Shown: positions 1 to 12,860, counted from the first letter of the stretch. The stretch is 64,000 nt of DNA from Octopus sinensis (GCF_006345805.1 NC_042999.1:91202001-91266000), one strand, 5' to 3'. The notes: generated by a model not told the origin, from the sequence alone. Program-made: numbers and translations.

Positions 1-469
1 TATTCTATTTATATTCATAGTTTTTATTAAAATAAATCTCAAAGGAAGGAAAACAGAATTTCCTCAGCAATAGGTTCAAAACTCAGATTCTAAATTCATG
101 ATGAGACTGAAGTACGAAAGATTTTACATATGAATGGAATAGAATATGTAAAAGAAAGAAAAAAGAATGAATATTAATCTGAAAGAAATGACGTATAATA
201 ATGAAGTTTGAATCATGAATTTAACTGTTTACTACTGAGTTGCAGATACTATCTACTGTTTATCTTTTTTGTAGCGATCGTAAGCGGTCAGCATGTGTTG
301 AATGCAATATAGACATAAGGTTTCATAATTGCTATGTTATAAAAACAGATGAATGGGTGTAAAAATGCTTTTTTTAATTTGGATATTGTTTAAGCACAAC
401 TATTGCCTTTTAATATATGTTTAACTCCATAGTACATACATTCTACGTATGTGAGTATATACATAATTA

Positions 470-742
470 AATATCTATAGAGATGTTTATATATATGCGC
501 GTGCGTGTGTGTATGTGAGTGTGCGTGCATGTGCGAGAACGATTATATATACACAATCCTTCTATGTATATTAATGAGTGTATATATGTATACATACATA
601 TATATGAGCGCATGTGTGCGTGCGTATGCGTGTATGTGTAATTATATATACATATATCTATCTAAGAATATCAATATGTATGTGTATATATGTGTGTACA
701 TTTATATATACATATATACATATGTTTTTATTTATATATAAA
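470..742. repeat. Compound (TA)n/(TG)n microsatellite, imperfect
   Basis: Directly visible dinucleotide runs; source of spurious ORF 505-741. Confidence 0.9.
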
Positions 743-924
743 ACAAAAACATTAACCGAATAAAGGAATCAATACACGAAGTCGAGTTTAACATTTATTT
801 TATATTCAGTTGACAAATTATTCGAATAGTCAGCAAAGTAAGGCCTTCGAACTCTGGTAAAATTTCACATGTGTTTCCTATATTATTACGTTCGGGAAAA
901 TGTTATTGCAATGAGTGAAGTAGA

Positions 925-1092
925 AATATTCTTTTCTACTCTAGGCACAAGGCCCGAAATTTTGTGTGAAGTGGGGTCAGTCGATTAAATGGACCCCAGT
1001 ACTTAATTTATCGAACTCGAAAGGATGAAAGGCAAAGTCGACCTGGGCGGAATTTGAATTCAAAACGTAAAGACAGACGAAATACCGCTAAG
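925..1092 (-). mobile_element. tRNA-derived SINE, family A (5'-truncated, minus strand)
   Basis: Reverse complement matches the plus copy at 1118: CTTAGCGGTATTTCGTCT...TTCAAATTCCGCC.AGGTCGACTTTGCCTTTCATCCTTTCG. Confidence 0.85.
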
Positions 1093-1117
1093 AAACCGCA
1101 TAAGAAGCATTGAATAA

Positions 1118-1720
1118 GGACGCGAGCTGGCAGAAATGTTAGCACGCCGGGCGAAATGCTTAGCGGTATTTCGTCTGCAGCTACGTTTTGTGTTCAAATT
1201 CCGCCGAGGTCGACTTTGCCTTTCATCCTTCGGAGCCGATAAATTAAGCTAAGTACCAGTTACGCACTGGGGTCGATATAATCGACTTAATCCGTTAGTC
1301 TGTCCTTGTTTGTCCTCTCTATGTTTAGCCACTCTTGGGTAGTAAACAAATAGGTATTTCGTCTGCAGCTAAGTTTTGTGTTCAAATTCCGCCGAGGTCG
1401 ACTTTACCTTTCATCTTTTCGGGGTCGATTAAATAAGTACCAGTTACGCACTGGGGTCGATATAATCGACTTAATCCGTTTGTCTGTCCTTGTTTGTCCT
1501 CTCTGTGTTTAGCCACTTGTGGGTAGTAAACAAATAGGTATTTCGTCTGCAGCTACGTTTTGTGTTCAAATTCCGCCGAGGTCGACTTTACCTTTCATCT
1601 TTTCGGGGTCGATTAAATAAGTACCAGTTACGCACTGGGATCGATATAATCGACTTAATCCGTTTGTCTGTCCTTGTTCGTCCCCTCTATATTTAGCCCC
1701 TTGTGAGCAATAAAGAAATA
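1118..1720 (+). mobile_element. tRNA-derived SINE family A with internal 3x tandem amplification (about 184-188 bp unit)
   Basis: Box A-like TGGCAGAAATG and box B-like GTTCAAATTCC; unit GGTATTTCGTCTGCAGCT restarts at 1165, 1353 and 1537. Confidence 0.9.
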
Positions 1721-2362
1721 AGAAATACTGAATATGGATAGAGGGAGGTCGTGTTCAGTAAAAGCTTAACAAAATGTTACAAAAGAAGATATGATCATAT
1801 TTAATGTGAATATTGGGTGAACATTTTTTGTGTATAAGGAAAACTTACAATACATAGGCTTCTAGAAATGATTAACAGATTGAAAATTATGAATCAACTA
1901 ATTTTCATTAGTAGTTGATACCATTATGGAAAATCGAGAAACACTGCTATTACAAAATTAAGATTGAAATAATTTAGCATTATGGCTAAAAGGATTTCAT
2001 TTTAATTGTAGTTATAAGGCCCACAATTTCTTTCGGTTTTAAGATGATTTTAAATATGAACTTCAAAATTGATATTTGAATTACTATTTCATTTTATATA
2101 AAGATAAATCATGTATGCAATTAATATCTAAAACGAAAACTTAAATGGATATCAGTAGGTATTCTCAACCTATATTTAATGATGTTTTGTATCATATCAT
2201 TAGAATTCGTTAATTATACTCACTAGTAATGCCATAAATTTCGATTACACAAAGGAACGTAACCGTTAATTAAATTGAAATTAAATTACAGATACTGTTG
2301 TTGACTTTTTAAAAGTGCTGAATTTTCAATTTAATAAAAATAGTTTAAATATAACTATATAT

Positions 2363-2577
2363 TGGTTTAAAATTCTGGCACAGGGCAAGCAATTTGTAAG
2401 GAGGGAATAGTTGATTACATCGATCAAAATGCTCAGATGGTACTTCTTTTAACATCTCTCAAAAGGATCAAAGGTAAATTCGGCCCCGGCGATATTCAAA
2501 CACAGAACGTAAAGACAGACGAAATTCGACTAAACATTTTGCTCGGCAACTTATCGATTTTACCAGATCGCCGCCTT
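2363..2577 (-). mobile_element. Degenerate SINE family A
   Basis: Shares AGAACGTAAAGACAGACGAAAT and the head/tail layout of the 925-1092 copy. Confidence 0.7.
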
Positions 2578-3049
2578 CAATATAACTCTATATTCTTCAG
2601 GGAATATGCTCTAACCATGCTTTCTAGTGTTACATGTTTTCACCTTTTCAGCTAAACATATTTGTTACCAAATTGTGTTTCATTATTTCCTTAATCTTTC
2701 GAATAATTCCCACCATCACATATATATTATACATTCCTATTCATGCTTACAATTCTAACCCAATTGTTTCTCGATATGTTGTCATACGTTTTGTTTCTCC
2801 TATTAATCATTTATTGAACACAACCCCAACTTAGGCTTCCGTAAATATTGAAATATGATAACAATTTTTTTATTGATGATTCTACTGCAGCCGTGACAAA
2901 AGTTTTCCCTACAATCAGTACTGTATACTTAGCAAGTGTATGTATAACAAGCATAATTTTTTTCAGCAAAGCCTGACATGTCTAATCAAGAGAAACTTAG
3001 AAGTAAGTGTCACTTTACTTGTGTATGTATGTGTGTGTGTGTGTAGTTC

Positions 3050-3240
3050 AAATTTACAGAAAAACAAATGAAAAAGACAGGTATGGGAACAACAAGCAGA
3101 TGTATTAGTTTAACGCTCGAGAAATATGGAAATGTTTTTTACGTTTCGAGCCTACGCTCTTCGACATAAAAAAATTAGAGGACGTTATGGAGAGAAAATA
3201 TTTAAAAATGTGTAGAGTTCAGCGGTCCAACATGGCGTGG
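3050..3240 (-). mobile_element. Penelope-like terminal (pLTR-type) fragment with minimal HHR-like motif
   Basis: Minus strand GTCGAAGAGCGTAGGCTCGAAACGT; related to 35650-35792 and 4620-4826. Confidence 0.55.
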
Positions 3241-3247
3241 TACATAT

Positions 3248-3295
<48 letters not shown>

Positions 3296-3296
3296 A

Positions 3297-3339
<43 letters not shown>

Positions 3340-3354
3340 ATATATATATATATA
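3241..3354. repeat. (TA)n microsatellite
   Basis: Direct observation. Confidence 0.95.
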
Positions 3355-3514
3355 TTAAGTTAGCAACAAAGTTCCCGCCTTTTTTTAAATGTTGGAATTT
3401 ATAGCGTCTTTAACTTTGGATTCTATTTTTTTGCGAGAATTCTATTTTTGAATCATTTTGGTATCTATAATGTTTTTTTTTTAGTTAATTTTTGTTTATT
3501 TTCAGATCATTAAA

Positions 3515-4538
3515 ATGGTATGTCAAGTTAAGAAAAACGAAAATTTTCGACACCTCCTTCTTTTTGCTTTTAATCAAGGTTCTAAGGCCGTAAAGCTGCT
3601 CACGACATTTGTGCTGTGTATGGAGAGGGTGCCATAGCTGAAAGAACTGCTCTTAATTGGTATGCCAAGTTCAAAAATGGAAATTTTGACCTCAAAAACG
3701 CACTTCGTTCAGGCCGTCTAGTTGAGTTCGATGAAGAGCGATTAAACCAACGTTTGCACAAAACTTCTCGTCAAACGAGAAGGGAACTGGCAGAGAAAAT
3801 GGTATGCTCCCACACTGCGATAAAGAAGCATCTTCACTCGATGAGAAAGGTTTAGAAGTATGGAGCATGGGTTCCGCATGCTTTAAGTGACAACAACAAA
3901 CATCAACTAGCCACAATATCCACTGGTTTGCTTGCTCGTCATCGTTCAACTCATGAACACAAGCAATGATTTCTTTACCGAATCGTTACTGGAGACGAAA
4001 AATGGTGTCTGTACATCAATACGAAGCAGCGAAAGGAATTGTATAGCCCCGGTAAACTAGCGACACCACCCGTGAAACAAGATCTTCATCTGTGTAAAAC
4101 GAGGTTGTGCGTTTGGTGGGACGGGGAAGGGATTATACATTACGAATTGCTTGAACGGAACCAAACGGTCAACAAATGGAACGACGAAACACGGCTATTC
4201 AAGAGAAAAGATCTAATTGGCAGCATGGTGTTCTTATGCTGCACGCAAACGCCTGCCCTCATATTGCCAATATGACCAAGGAGGACATTCAAATGCATGG
4301 CTGGGAAATGCTGCCACACCCGCCGTACTCTCCTGATTTGGAACCAACGGATTTCCACCTCTTTCGATCTCTTTCATATTCTATGCGCGAAGTTTCGTTC
4401 AATACTGATGCAGAATTGAGAGCTTGGTTGGATCAATTTTTCGAGTCGAAATCGGGTGATTTCTACCAAAGAGGTATTGAAAATTTTGTTGAACGCTGGG
4501 AAGATGTAAACAACAAGGGTGAATACATTATTGATTAA
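3515..4538 (+). pseudogene. mariner (DD34D) transposase pseudogene
   Basis: HTH N-terminus (ICAVYGEGAIAERTALNWYAKFKNGNFDL), WVPHAL, IVTGDEKW, CVWWD, HPPYSPDLEPTDFHLF; stops, frameshifts and internal deletion; left-TIR-like sequence near 3354. Confidence 0.95.
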
Positions 4539-4585
4539 TTAGTTGTTATTTTTCATTAAACCTTTTAAAAAATTTAATATATAAA

Positions 4586-4619
<34 letters not shown>

Positions 4620-4620
<1 letters not shown>

Positions 4621-4826
4621 ATCCAAACAAGAAAACACAAAAAAAAACACAACAACGCGAGGACGTGGAACAAATATAGTAGTATTGGACGCTCAGGAAA
4701 GAAGGGAAGAAGGAGGGTTTAACGTTTCGAGCGGAACTCTTCGTCGGAAACATAGGAGAAGGAAAGATCCAGAGAAGGGAAGACAGAGGAAAAAAACTCG
4801 CCGACGGTACACACGAGGTCACATTT
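4620..4826 (-). mobile_element. Penelope-like terminal fragment with minimal HHR-like motif
   Basis: Minus strand GTTTCCGACGAAGAGTTCCGCTCGAAACGTTAAAC; between TA runs. Confidence 0.55.
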
Positions 4827-4828
4827 TG

Positions 4829-4835
4829 AATATAT

Positions 4836-4908
<73 letters not shown>

Positions 4909-4957
4909 GTAGGCAAGTAAGTTGCCACCGTTTAAGTTCGAACCTGGGTTCTCATTC

Positions 4958-5044
<87 letters not shown>

Positions 5045-5050
5045 TATTTA
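4829..5050. repeat. (TA)n then (TTA)n microsatellites
   Basis: Direct observation; separated by a short mariner-TIR-like stretch 4907-4935. Confidence 0.9.
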
Positions 5051-5084
5051 GGTCACTGCTTGGAATCGAACTACGCCATATGCC

Positions 5085-5436
5085 CGTGGGCACTTATTCG
5101 ATCGGCCTGTTCTAGCGAGCCGTTAAGTTTCGTGGAATAAACACACCAACACCGGTTGTCAAGTGGTGGTGATGGGACAAACACAGACACAATCACACAC
5201 ACACGCACACACACATATATATAAATATATCACACACATATATAGGCACGCACTCACACACACGCACATATACGATGGGCTTCTTTCAGCTTCCGTCTAT
5301 CAAATCCACTCACAAGGGTTTGGTTGGCCCGAGGCTATAGTAGAAGGCAATTGTCAAAGGTATGATGCAGTGGGACTGAACCCGGAACCATGTGGTTGGG
5401 AAGCAAGTTTCTTACGACACTGTCACGTTTGCGCCT
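5085..5436 (-). mobile_element. tRNA-derived SINE family B (internal microsatellite)
   Basis: Reverse complement matches 30074 and 32168 copies: head ...CTTCCCAACCACATGGTTCCGGGTTCAGTCCCACTGC, body GCCTCGGGCC.ACCAAA, internal CA/TA run. Confidence 0.85.
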
Positions 5437-5743
5437 ATATGTAACATCATTAACAGGAAATGGTAATTATGGAAACTGGTAAACGCGTAGTAAGAAATCA
5501 AACAACTGATACTACAGGCACATAGCTTATTGTAATGAAACAGAACTGCTGTGATTAATGAGATTACTGACAGAACGTACGATATATACGAAACCGAGCA
5601 GGCATCGTATTAAAGGACTTGAAGATAAAAATATATGTAAAGAATATAATCCGAGCAGAAGAAATTACTTAAAAATAACGAAGAAATCTTCTAAGCATTG
5701 AACACCACAATGTTTTCGTCTTGTATTAGTTAAGTTTTTGTGA

Positions 5744-5975
5744 AGGCTGCGAGCTGGCAGAAACGTTAGCACACCGGGCGAAATGAGTAGGCGTATTTCG
5801 TCTGCCGTTACGTTGTGAGTTCAAATTCCGCCGAGGTCGACTCTGTCTTTCATCCTTTCGGGGTCGATAAATTAAGTATCAGTTACGCGCAGAGGTCGAT
5901 GTAATCGACTTAATCCGTTTGTCTGTCCTTGTTTGTCCCCTCTATGTTTAGCCCCTCGTGGGTAATAAAGAAATA
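5744..5975 (+). mobile_element. SINE family A, near full-length single unit
   Basis: GCGAGCTGGCAGAAACGTTAGCAC...GAGTTCAAATTCCGCCGAGGTCGACT...TAATAAAGAAATA. Confidence 0.9.
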
Positions 5976-6334
5976 TATTAGTTAACTTTTTGTTTATTTT
6001 TTTAAATTTGTTTCATTTCGATCTTTCTCAGTTCGTTTCGCGCAATAAAGTTGGTAATCCATCTTCAACGTTTTTAGACTTTCATAAATCATCCTCACAA
6101 TATAAAGTATTATTGGTAAGTATAAATTCCTATTTTCAAGGTAGAGGAAAGCGACGATGACGTTCAAATTCGTTTGGTCCTTAACGCCCGAATATAAATT
6201 TTTTTTCAGATTTGTACATTTGTCTTTCTATTTTCTTTCTTTCTCTTTTCGTTTCTTTCTTTCTTTCTTTCGCACTTACATCCCTAAAATCTCTGGTGTT
6301 GTGTTAAAATTTTAAGACAACGCCCGCTACAACA

Positions 6335-6465
6335 ACGGCAGCAGCAGCAGCAACAGCAACAACAACAACAATGATAATAATGAGGAGGAATATTCTCCCT
6401 CTATTTGACACAGGGGTATCGGATGAAGGCGAAATTACAAAATCGAGTTATAGGTAGCGTGGGGT

Positions 6466-6505
<40 letters not shown>

Positions 6506-6585
6506 CAACAGCAGCAGTAGCAGTAGTAGTAGCAGTAATAGCAGTAGTAGCAGCAGTAGCTGGAGTGGTAGTAGTTGTTGTTATT
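6335..6585. repeat. (CAA)/(GCA) and (GTA)n/(GCA)n trinucleotide repeats
   Basis: Direct observation; causes poly-Ser ORF 6405-6611. Confidence 0.85.
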
Positions 6586-6952
6586 GTTGTAGCATTAATA
6601 ACATGCTATAGAGAGACAGGCATATCCAGAGTAATACGTATAATTTCTATAAATTCAAGCAGTATAACTTTAGAAGCAAGAGAAAATATTGTATTTGGAT
6701 GTATGCAAAAAAAAAAAAAACCGTTGCCACCAAAAGTGTATTTTATATAACTACTTAGTGAAACTACATTATACACGCCTGCTCAAGCTATCTGTCTTAT
6801 ATAAAAACAATGCGCATAACGTACACAAAGCATTATTTCGAGTGCTAGAACTGAGGGCCGGTTACGTTGTTTCTATGGTGCATAAGTGACTGAGATCACA
6901 AAATTACTGCTCCACAGGACTCTAGTCCGTCGCAGGACTCTAGTCCATCTTT

Positions 6953-7056
6953 ATGAAATGAAGTGTTTTGCTCAAAACCCCAATCAGCTCGGTCTGCAAA
7001 TCGAAACCACAATCTTGGGATCGTGAACGCAACATTCTAGCCACTACACCACGCGT
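6953..7056 (-). mobile_element. tRNA-SINE head fragment (family C/D-like)
   Basis: Minus strand reads box A/box B-like head followed by TTGAGCAAAACACTTCATTTCA, also seen in the 57484 copy. Confidence 0.6.
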
Positions 7057-7084
7057 GAAGACGCGTGGCGTAATGTGCAGGCAA

Positions 7085-8636
7085 TATTTACGAAAGAAAA
7101 AATTGAAAATACTCACGAATATACTACATAAAATACCAAATGGCTTTATAGTAAAGATGAAGACCAAGTCAGTTCCCTCGCTGATATCAGAATGGGGTTT
7201 GGACTGAGAAGGTGGAGTGTGTTTGGCTTGAAGAGTGGCAAAATCAAATTATGGACGGGCTAACGATACTGTCGGGGGAGGTTATGAAGCAGATAGACGA
7301 GACGGGTTATAAGTGCTTGCGGATTTTAGAAATGGATAAATTGATGGAGAAAGAAATGTCAGAAAAATTTAAGGTGGAGTACTTGGACGAATTGAGACTG
7401 ATCCTTAAGTCGAAATTGAACGGACGGAATATGATCGAAGCTATCAACGCCTGGGCGGTTTCACTCCTTAGATATGGAGCAGGGATAATCGCATGGACAG
7501 TACACGAACTAAATAGCTTAGACTGAAAGTGAAGGAAGTTGCTAACTAGATATGGGTCACTCCACCCAAAAAGTGACACAGACAGACTGTATGTACCAAG
7601 AAAAAGGGGGGGAAGAGTACTTATTGGATGCGAACATAGCATTAGAGCAGAAGAAAACAACATAGCATTTTATGGGAAAAAATGCCACAACCACTATTGT
7701 TGAAAGTAAGAAGGTCAGGCATGTGTACGATAAAAGATTGCAAAGATAAAGCACTATACAAGAAATTGAAAACGAATGAAACTGAAAATAGGTGGGTAAA
7801 GAAAAGAATGCATGCTCAATTTCATAGGGATGTTGAAGATAAGACAGACAGAGAAAAAAGATGGCTGTGGGTGACTAAAATTAATTTAAAACCGGAAACA
7901 GGGGCTCTAATATGTGCTGCCGAAGAGCACTAAGAACAAACTACATAAAATACAGAACAGACAACACAGCAGAAAGTGATAAGTGCAGAATCTGTGGACA
8001 AAACGGTGAAACCGTATGGTATATTACGAGCCAGTGTACGTCACTAGCCCAGAAGGCATATATAAGAGACGCCACGACAATATAGCCAGGCTTGTCCATT
8101 GGACACTTTGCAACAAGTATGGACTTGACAGAGGAAAAAATTGATACGACCACAAACCTGAAGTCTTCGTCGAAAATAGAAATGCAAAGATCTTATGGGA
8201 TTTTATGATTCAGTGCGACCATGAGATAGAGAATAGGAAGCCGGACATAGTCTTAATTGAGAAAGAAAACAAACTGTGTTGGATCATAGACATAGCATGT
8301 CCAGCTGACAACAAGCTATACGATCAGGAAGAAAGAAAAGTCGATAGATACGACAGGTTAACTTGGGAAATCAAGCAGTTGTGGTCAATGAAAAAGATAG
8401 CAGTAGTACCAATAATTGTCGGAACCCTGGGAACAGTGAGCAAAAATCTCGAGAAGTACGTGGAACAAATATGGGCTGCAATAAGGGTGGAGCACTTGCA
8501 GAAAACAGCACTGTTTGGAACCGCTCGAATACTCCGGAAGGTGTTCGAAAAATAAGAGGTGTTAACTTAGTTCAATAGTAGTGAACAGCTGACACTGTAG
8601 TACATCTCCAGCGTTAGAAGCTGTGCAAAGGCAATG
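7085..8636 (+). mobile_element. R4/Dong-like RLE non-LTR retrotransposon, 5'-truncated pseudogene
   Basis: RT C-terminus (GRNMIEAINAWAVSLLRYGAGII), CCHC knuckle (CRICGQNGET...C...RHD), RLE motif KPDIVLIEKENKLCWIIDIACP; 3' UTR then (TAA)n. Confidence 0.9.
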
Positions 8637-8700
<64 letters not shown>

Positions 8701-8715
8701 TAATAATAATAATAA
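8637..8715. repeat. (TAA)n microsatellite between two RLE LINEs
   Basis: Direct observation. Confidence 0.95.
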
Positions 8716-9388
8716 TGTAATGAAAAGAAATATAACAAGTAACTGCAGAATATGTGGAGATGGACAAGAAACAATAAATCATATTATCTCTGGCTGCCCA
8801 GTCCTGGCTAAGAAGGAATATATTCACAGACACGACAGGGTTGGGACCTACATACACTGGAAGCTATGCCAACATTATGGAATAGTAACACCAAAGAAGG
8901 TCACATAAAACGAGAAAGCAACCATACTCTGGGATATGCCAATACACACAGATAGAGAAATTAAGGCCAACAGACCAGATATAGTTGTCAGAGATCATGA
9001 AGAAAAAAATGCTTTCTAATTGATGTATCAATACCAGCACATGACAATGTGTCTCTGAAAGAAATGGAGAAACTTTCAAAATACAAAGACCTGGAAATAG
9101 AGGTAACTAGAATGTGGAATCTAAAAACAGAAACAATTCCTATCATAGTAGGTGCATTAGGCATGACAAAAAAATAATCAGACAAATACATAACAAAACA
9201 CCAGGACTTACAAACACATATAACATACAGAAAATTCCACTACTAGACACTGCACACATCCTACGCAGAACACTTTCAATACAGTAACCATCAGAGCATC
9301 ACAACAAATCGCAGCACATACCCAAGGCACACAGAGCTGCGCTCGGTAGTGCAGAGAAAGCACGTTATAAAAATAAAACAACTGAATG
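8716..9388 (+). mobile_element. Second R4/Dong-like family, 3' fragment
   Basis: CRICGDGQETINHIISGCPVLAKKEYIHRHDRVG knuckle, RPDIVV..LIDVSIP RLE motif; ends in (AAT)n. Confidence 0.9.
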
Positions 9389-9447
<59 letters not shown>

Positions 9448-9465
9448 GATAATATTGTTGTTATT

Positions 9466-9505
<40 letters not shown>

Positions 9506-9506
9506 A

Positions 9507-9553
<47 letters not shown>

Positions 9554-9600
9554 TATTATTATTATCATTATTATTATTATTATTATCATTGCTGCAACTA
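9389..9600. repeat. Compound (AAT)n-(CAT)n-(TTA)n microsatellite
   Basis: Direct observation; AAT and TTA arms are mutually inverted. Confidence 0.95.
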
Positions 9601-10439
9601 TGATCACCAATAACCATATTAATATAACTATCAATGGAAGCATTTTTTATCCGTTTTTCCCTCATATTTGATGTCAATATATACAAAATGCTTCTATAAA
9701 AAAAATTAATATTCTTTAGCTAACGTTGTCGTTGAACACTTACAAAACATTGGTTTCATAGCTCAAGTATTTCCCACGATATGCGAATGACGTCTTTAAA
9801 ATATTTGCATTATATTCTTTTTTATTAATTTCTATACGGCAAGATGTTGGAAAAAGTGTCCACTTGAAAATGGTCGGCTTCTCCAACCAAATTTATCATA
9901 GCCTATAAACGTATAAACGATAATAGAAAACTTTATAACTGTTTCATGTATTGAATTTCAGGAAACTATACATATATATGTGTGTGTGTGTGTGTGTGTA
10001 TGTGTGTGTGTGTGTGTGTGTGAGTGTTTTTATTTATTTCTTCGTAAAATGAGAAAAATAGTGTATTACGAGCGCTGTAAATAGAAAAATAATCTATTTA
10101 TTGGTGCAGTAAGATGCTTAACTCTGTGATTTTACCAAATCGAGTTTTACGTACTCATATTGTAATTAGCCTTTTCTAGCCAATACGTTCGACATCTGAT
10201 AGCTATTGGTGACGTTGTCACTCTATCAAAGAACTGGTGTTAATTAGACGTGTTGCTTTATAATCCATAACGTGATTGTAATAAATCATCTCCAAACAGT
10301 CTAGCTAAACAGCTACAGAAAGCTACCATGTGAAAATCATTTCTTAAGACTACAGGAAAAAGAAGATTGCAGATTGCATGTCTATACACGACTATGGTGC
10401 AGAGGAAAACCATATTTGATTATTGTAATGTATAGCTGT

Positions 10440-10605
10440 GGCTGTGTGGTAAGAATTTTGCCTCCTAACCATGTTTCCAGTTTCAGGCTCTTTGCGTGTC
10501 ACTTTGAGCATATGTCTTCTACTATAGCCCTGGCACGACTGAAGCTGTGTGAGTGGATTTGGTGGAAGTAAAAGGAAAGAAATTCGTCTGTCTGTCTGTC
10601 TCTGT
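10440..10605 (+). mobile_element. SINE family B 5' fragment, degenerate
   Basis: GGCTGTGTGGTAAG...TCTTCTACTATAGCC...GTGAGTGGATTTGGT. Confidence 0.7.
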
Positions 10606-10623
10606 CTACACACACACATATAC

Positions 10624-10841
10624 ACGAGGTGTGCTGAAAAGTTCCTGGCTGTAAGGGTATCGCGAAAGAATTGGCTGGAGGACTAACCTTCTGAGTTATT
10701 TTACAGAGCTTAGAAAACTTGAAAGTTTGCTGCAGTAGGTGTATGAATCTTAGAGGGGAATATGTTGAATAAAATTATAATTAACTGATCCTCCCATATT
10801 TTCTTCTACCCAAAGCCCGAAACTTTTCAGCAACCCCTTGG
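10624..10841 (+). mobile_element. Non-autonomous mariner (MITE-like)
   Basis: TIR pair CGAGGTGTGCTGAAAAGTTCCTGGCT / AGCCCGAAACTTTTCAGCAACCCCTTG; retains transposase C-terminus (NLRGEYVE*). Confidence 0.8.
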
Positions 10842-10846
10842 TGCGC

Positions 10847-10877
<31 letters not shown>

Positions 10878-11295
10878 CGTGTATGTGTGTGTGTTTGTCT
10901 GTGTGCGTGTGTGTGTGTGTGTTGTGTGTGTGTGTGTGTGTGTGTGTGTATAATGAAAGAGGTAAATTCAGTAACAAAGTTTAGATCCATCAGCAAAATC
11001 CCAGACTCAAACATTTAAACATATTTTTTAAAATACACATACATTTGTACATTTTAATACAGATCAATAGGTCTATACATATATATAAAAGTACCACATA
11101 TAGATAAAAACATAGAATGTAAAAATATTCGAGATGTAAAAAAGGTAAGACGTATAAGGATTATGCAAAACAACAGTAGGAAAGCATCTAAGTGATCAAA
11201 TAGCAAAAACATTTCAAACAGTTCAAAGAGCAAATTACTATATTACAACTAAAGATTAAGCATTAAGGGAAAGTCTCGTTATTAGAGAAGGTCCA

Positions 11296-11380
11296 TTCGA
11301 CGGCCGTTTCTGGAATACAGAAGGTAAGAGAGTTCGAAAATTTAACTTATCCTAGTAATTAATGTTCCCTTCATCAGGAA
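11296..11380 (-). ncRNA. Candidate type I hammerhead ribozyme motif (PLE-type end)
   Basis: Minus strand TTC-CTGATGA-AGGGAA...TTCCA-GAAAC-GGCC-GTC-GAA; palindromic GGCC loop III. Confidence 0.5.
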
Positions 11381-11758
11381 GACGTCCTCCAAAGCGATTC
11401 CCGTCATAAAATGATTTTATGATGTAATTTGTATATTTTATGATGTAATCCATATATGTTTTACTTTACACCTTTAACATTTTAACCCTATTTACACCTC
11501 GAAAATTTTTACATTCGTTTAATCTATATTTATATCTATATATTCAGATGTGGTACATTTATATATAGAGAGATCTTCTGATCTGTTTTAAAATGTATAG
11601 ATGCATGTGTATTTTTAAGAATATGTTTAAAATTTTGCGTCTGGGAATTTGATGATTGACCTACACTTTGCTTCTGAATTTACCTCTTAATTATCGTTTG
11701 TCTCAGATATTCCGAGCACTTCTCAGTTGGGGCACATATATTTCGTAAGAAAGATTTG

Positions 11759-11845
<87 letters not shown>

Positions 11846-12072
11846 CGGTTGAATAAAGTTAAAACATGGTCTGGTTTTCACGTTTGTATTATGATATCTT
11901 AACATTAAAAAATATTTTCTAATCCTCATAAAATTAAATTAGCGCTTTCCTGCATAGTGTAATCATCAAATTTCAAATGCGTTTAAATGACAGTTGAGTT
12001 CTTGACAGCGTTTGTCAAAATACCATTATAAAAAACGTGAAAACCAGACCATGTTTTCACTACATTCAACTG
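11846..12072. mobile_element. MITE with about 50 bp imperfect TIRs
   Basis: AAAACATGGTCTGGTTTTCACGTTT (11861) vs AAACGTGAAAACCAGACCATGTTTT (12033); TA-rich flanks. Confidence 0.8.
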
Positions 12073-12149
12073 ATACACATTCTATACATATTCACACAAA
12101 TTCGAAACAATGCACACACACACACACACACACACACATGTGTCTATAT

Positions 12150-12332
12150 ATGTGTCTTTGTGTCTGTTCCCGACCATAGCTTGACAACCGGTGTTGATTT
12201 GTTTACGTCCCTGTAACTTAGCTTCTCAACATAAGATAAAGTACTTGGTAGAGTCGTTCCACAAATAACCTTCAAGGCGGTGCTCCCGCATGGCTGCACT
12301 CCAGTAACTAAAACTAGTATAAGAATAAAAAG
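12150..12332 (+). mobile_element. SINE family B 3' fragment
   Basis: CTTGACAACCGGTGTTG...TTTACGTCCCTGTAACTTAGC...GGCGGTGCTCCCGCATGG. Confidence 0.7.
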
Positions 12333-12746
12333 ACGAGTCTGAAATATTAATCACATTTGTATGTAGTAGATTTTTCCTACTGAAGTAATATTTTTCCTTT
12401 ACAATCTGGATGGACACTTAGAACGTTCAAAGATATAAATATAGTATGAATCACGTATTCATAATAATTTGAACAAGACCAAAAAAGAAAAAAAAACACA
12501 AGATTGCTAATTCTGTGTCAACAGATGTTGGCGGAAGCATCAAGAAAAGATCGATCATCATACGGTCAAACTTTGATGTGGCCAACATGAATTGAAAAAA
12601 AAATAATTGTTTTACCTCTGATCAATGAAAAAGAATAATTGCCATGATGAATATACAAAGAAATACGCTATTTTCATTAAATCTTTTCTGTTTTTATTTG
12701 TTCTAACCGATTTTCTTCTGCATTCCCTGTTAATTTCACCTTTGTG

Positions 12747-12860
12747 GTTCAAAGCAACAACAACAACAACAACAATAAATACGTCAACAACGGCGACGAT
12801 GGCGATAATGATGACAATGATGATGATAATGATGAAGAGGATGATGACGACGACGACGAC

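Noticed and set aside
1118-1210. tRNA genes at SINE heads (also 5744, 21704, 30074, 32168, 57484)
   Set aside because: Box A/B-like motifs continue into SINE bodies; no complete cloverleaf or acceptor stem seen
4907-4935. Right TIR of the 3.5-4.5 kb mariner
   Set aside because: Same orientation as the left TIR-like sequence, so it cannot close that element
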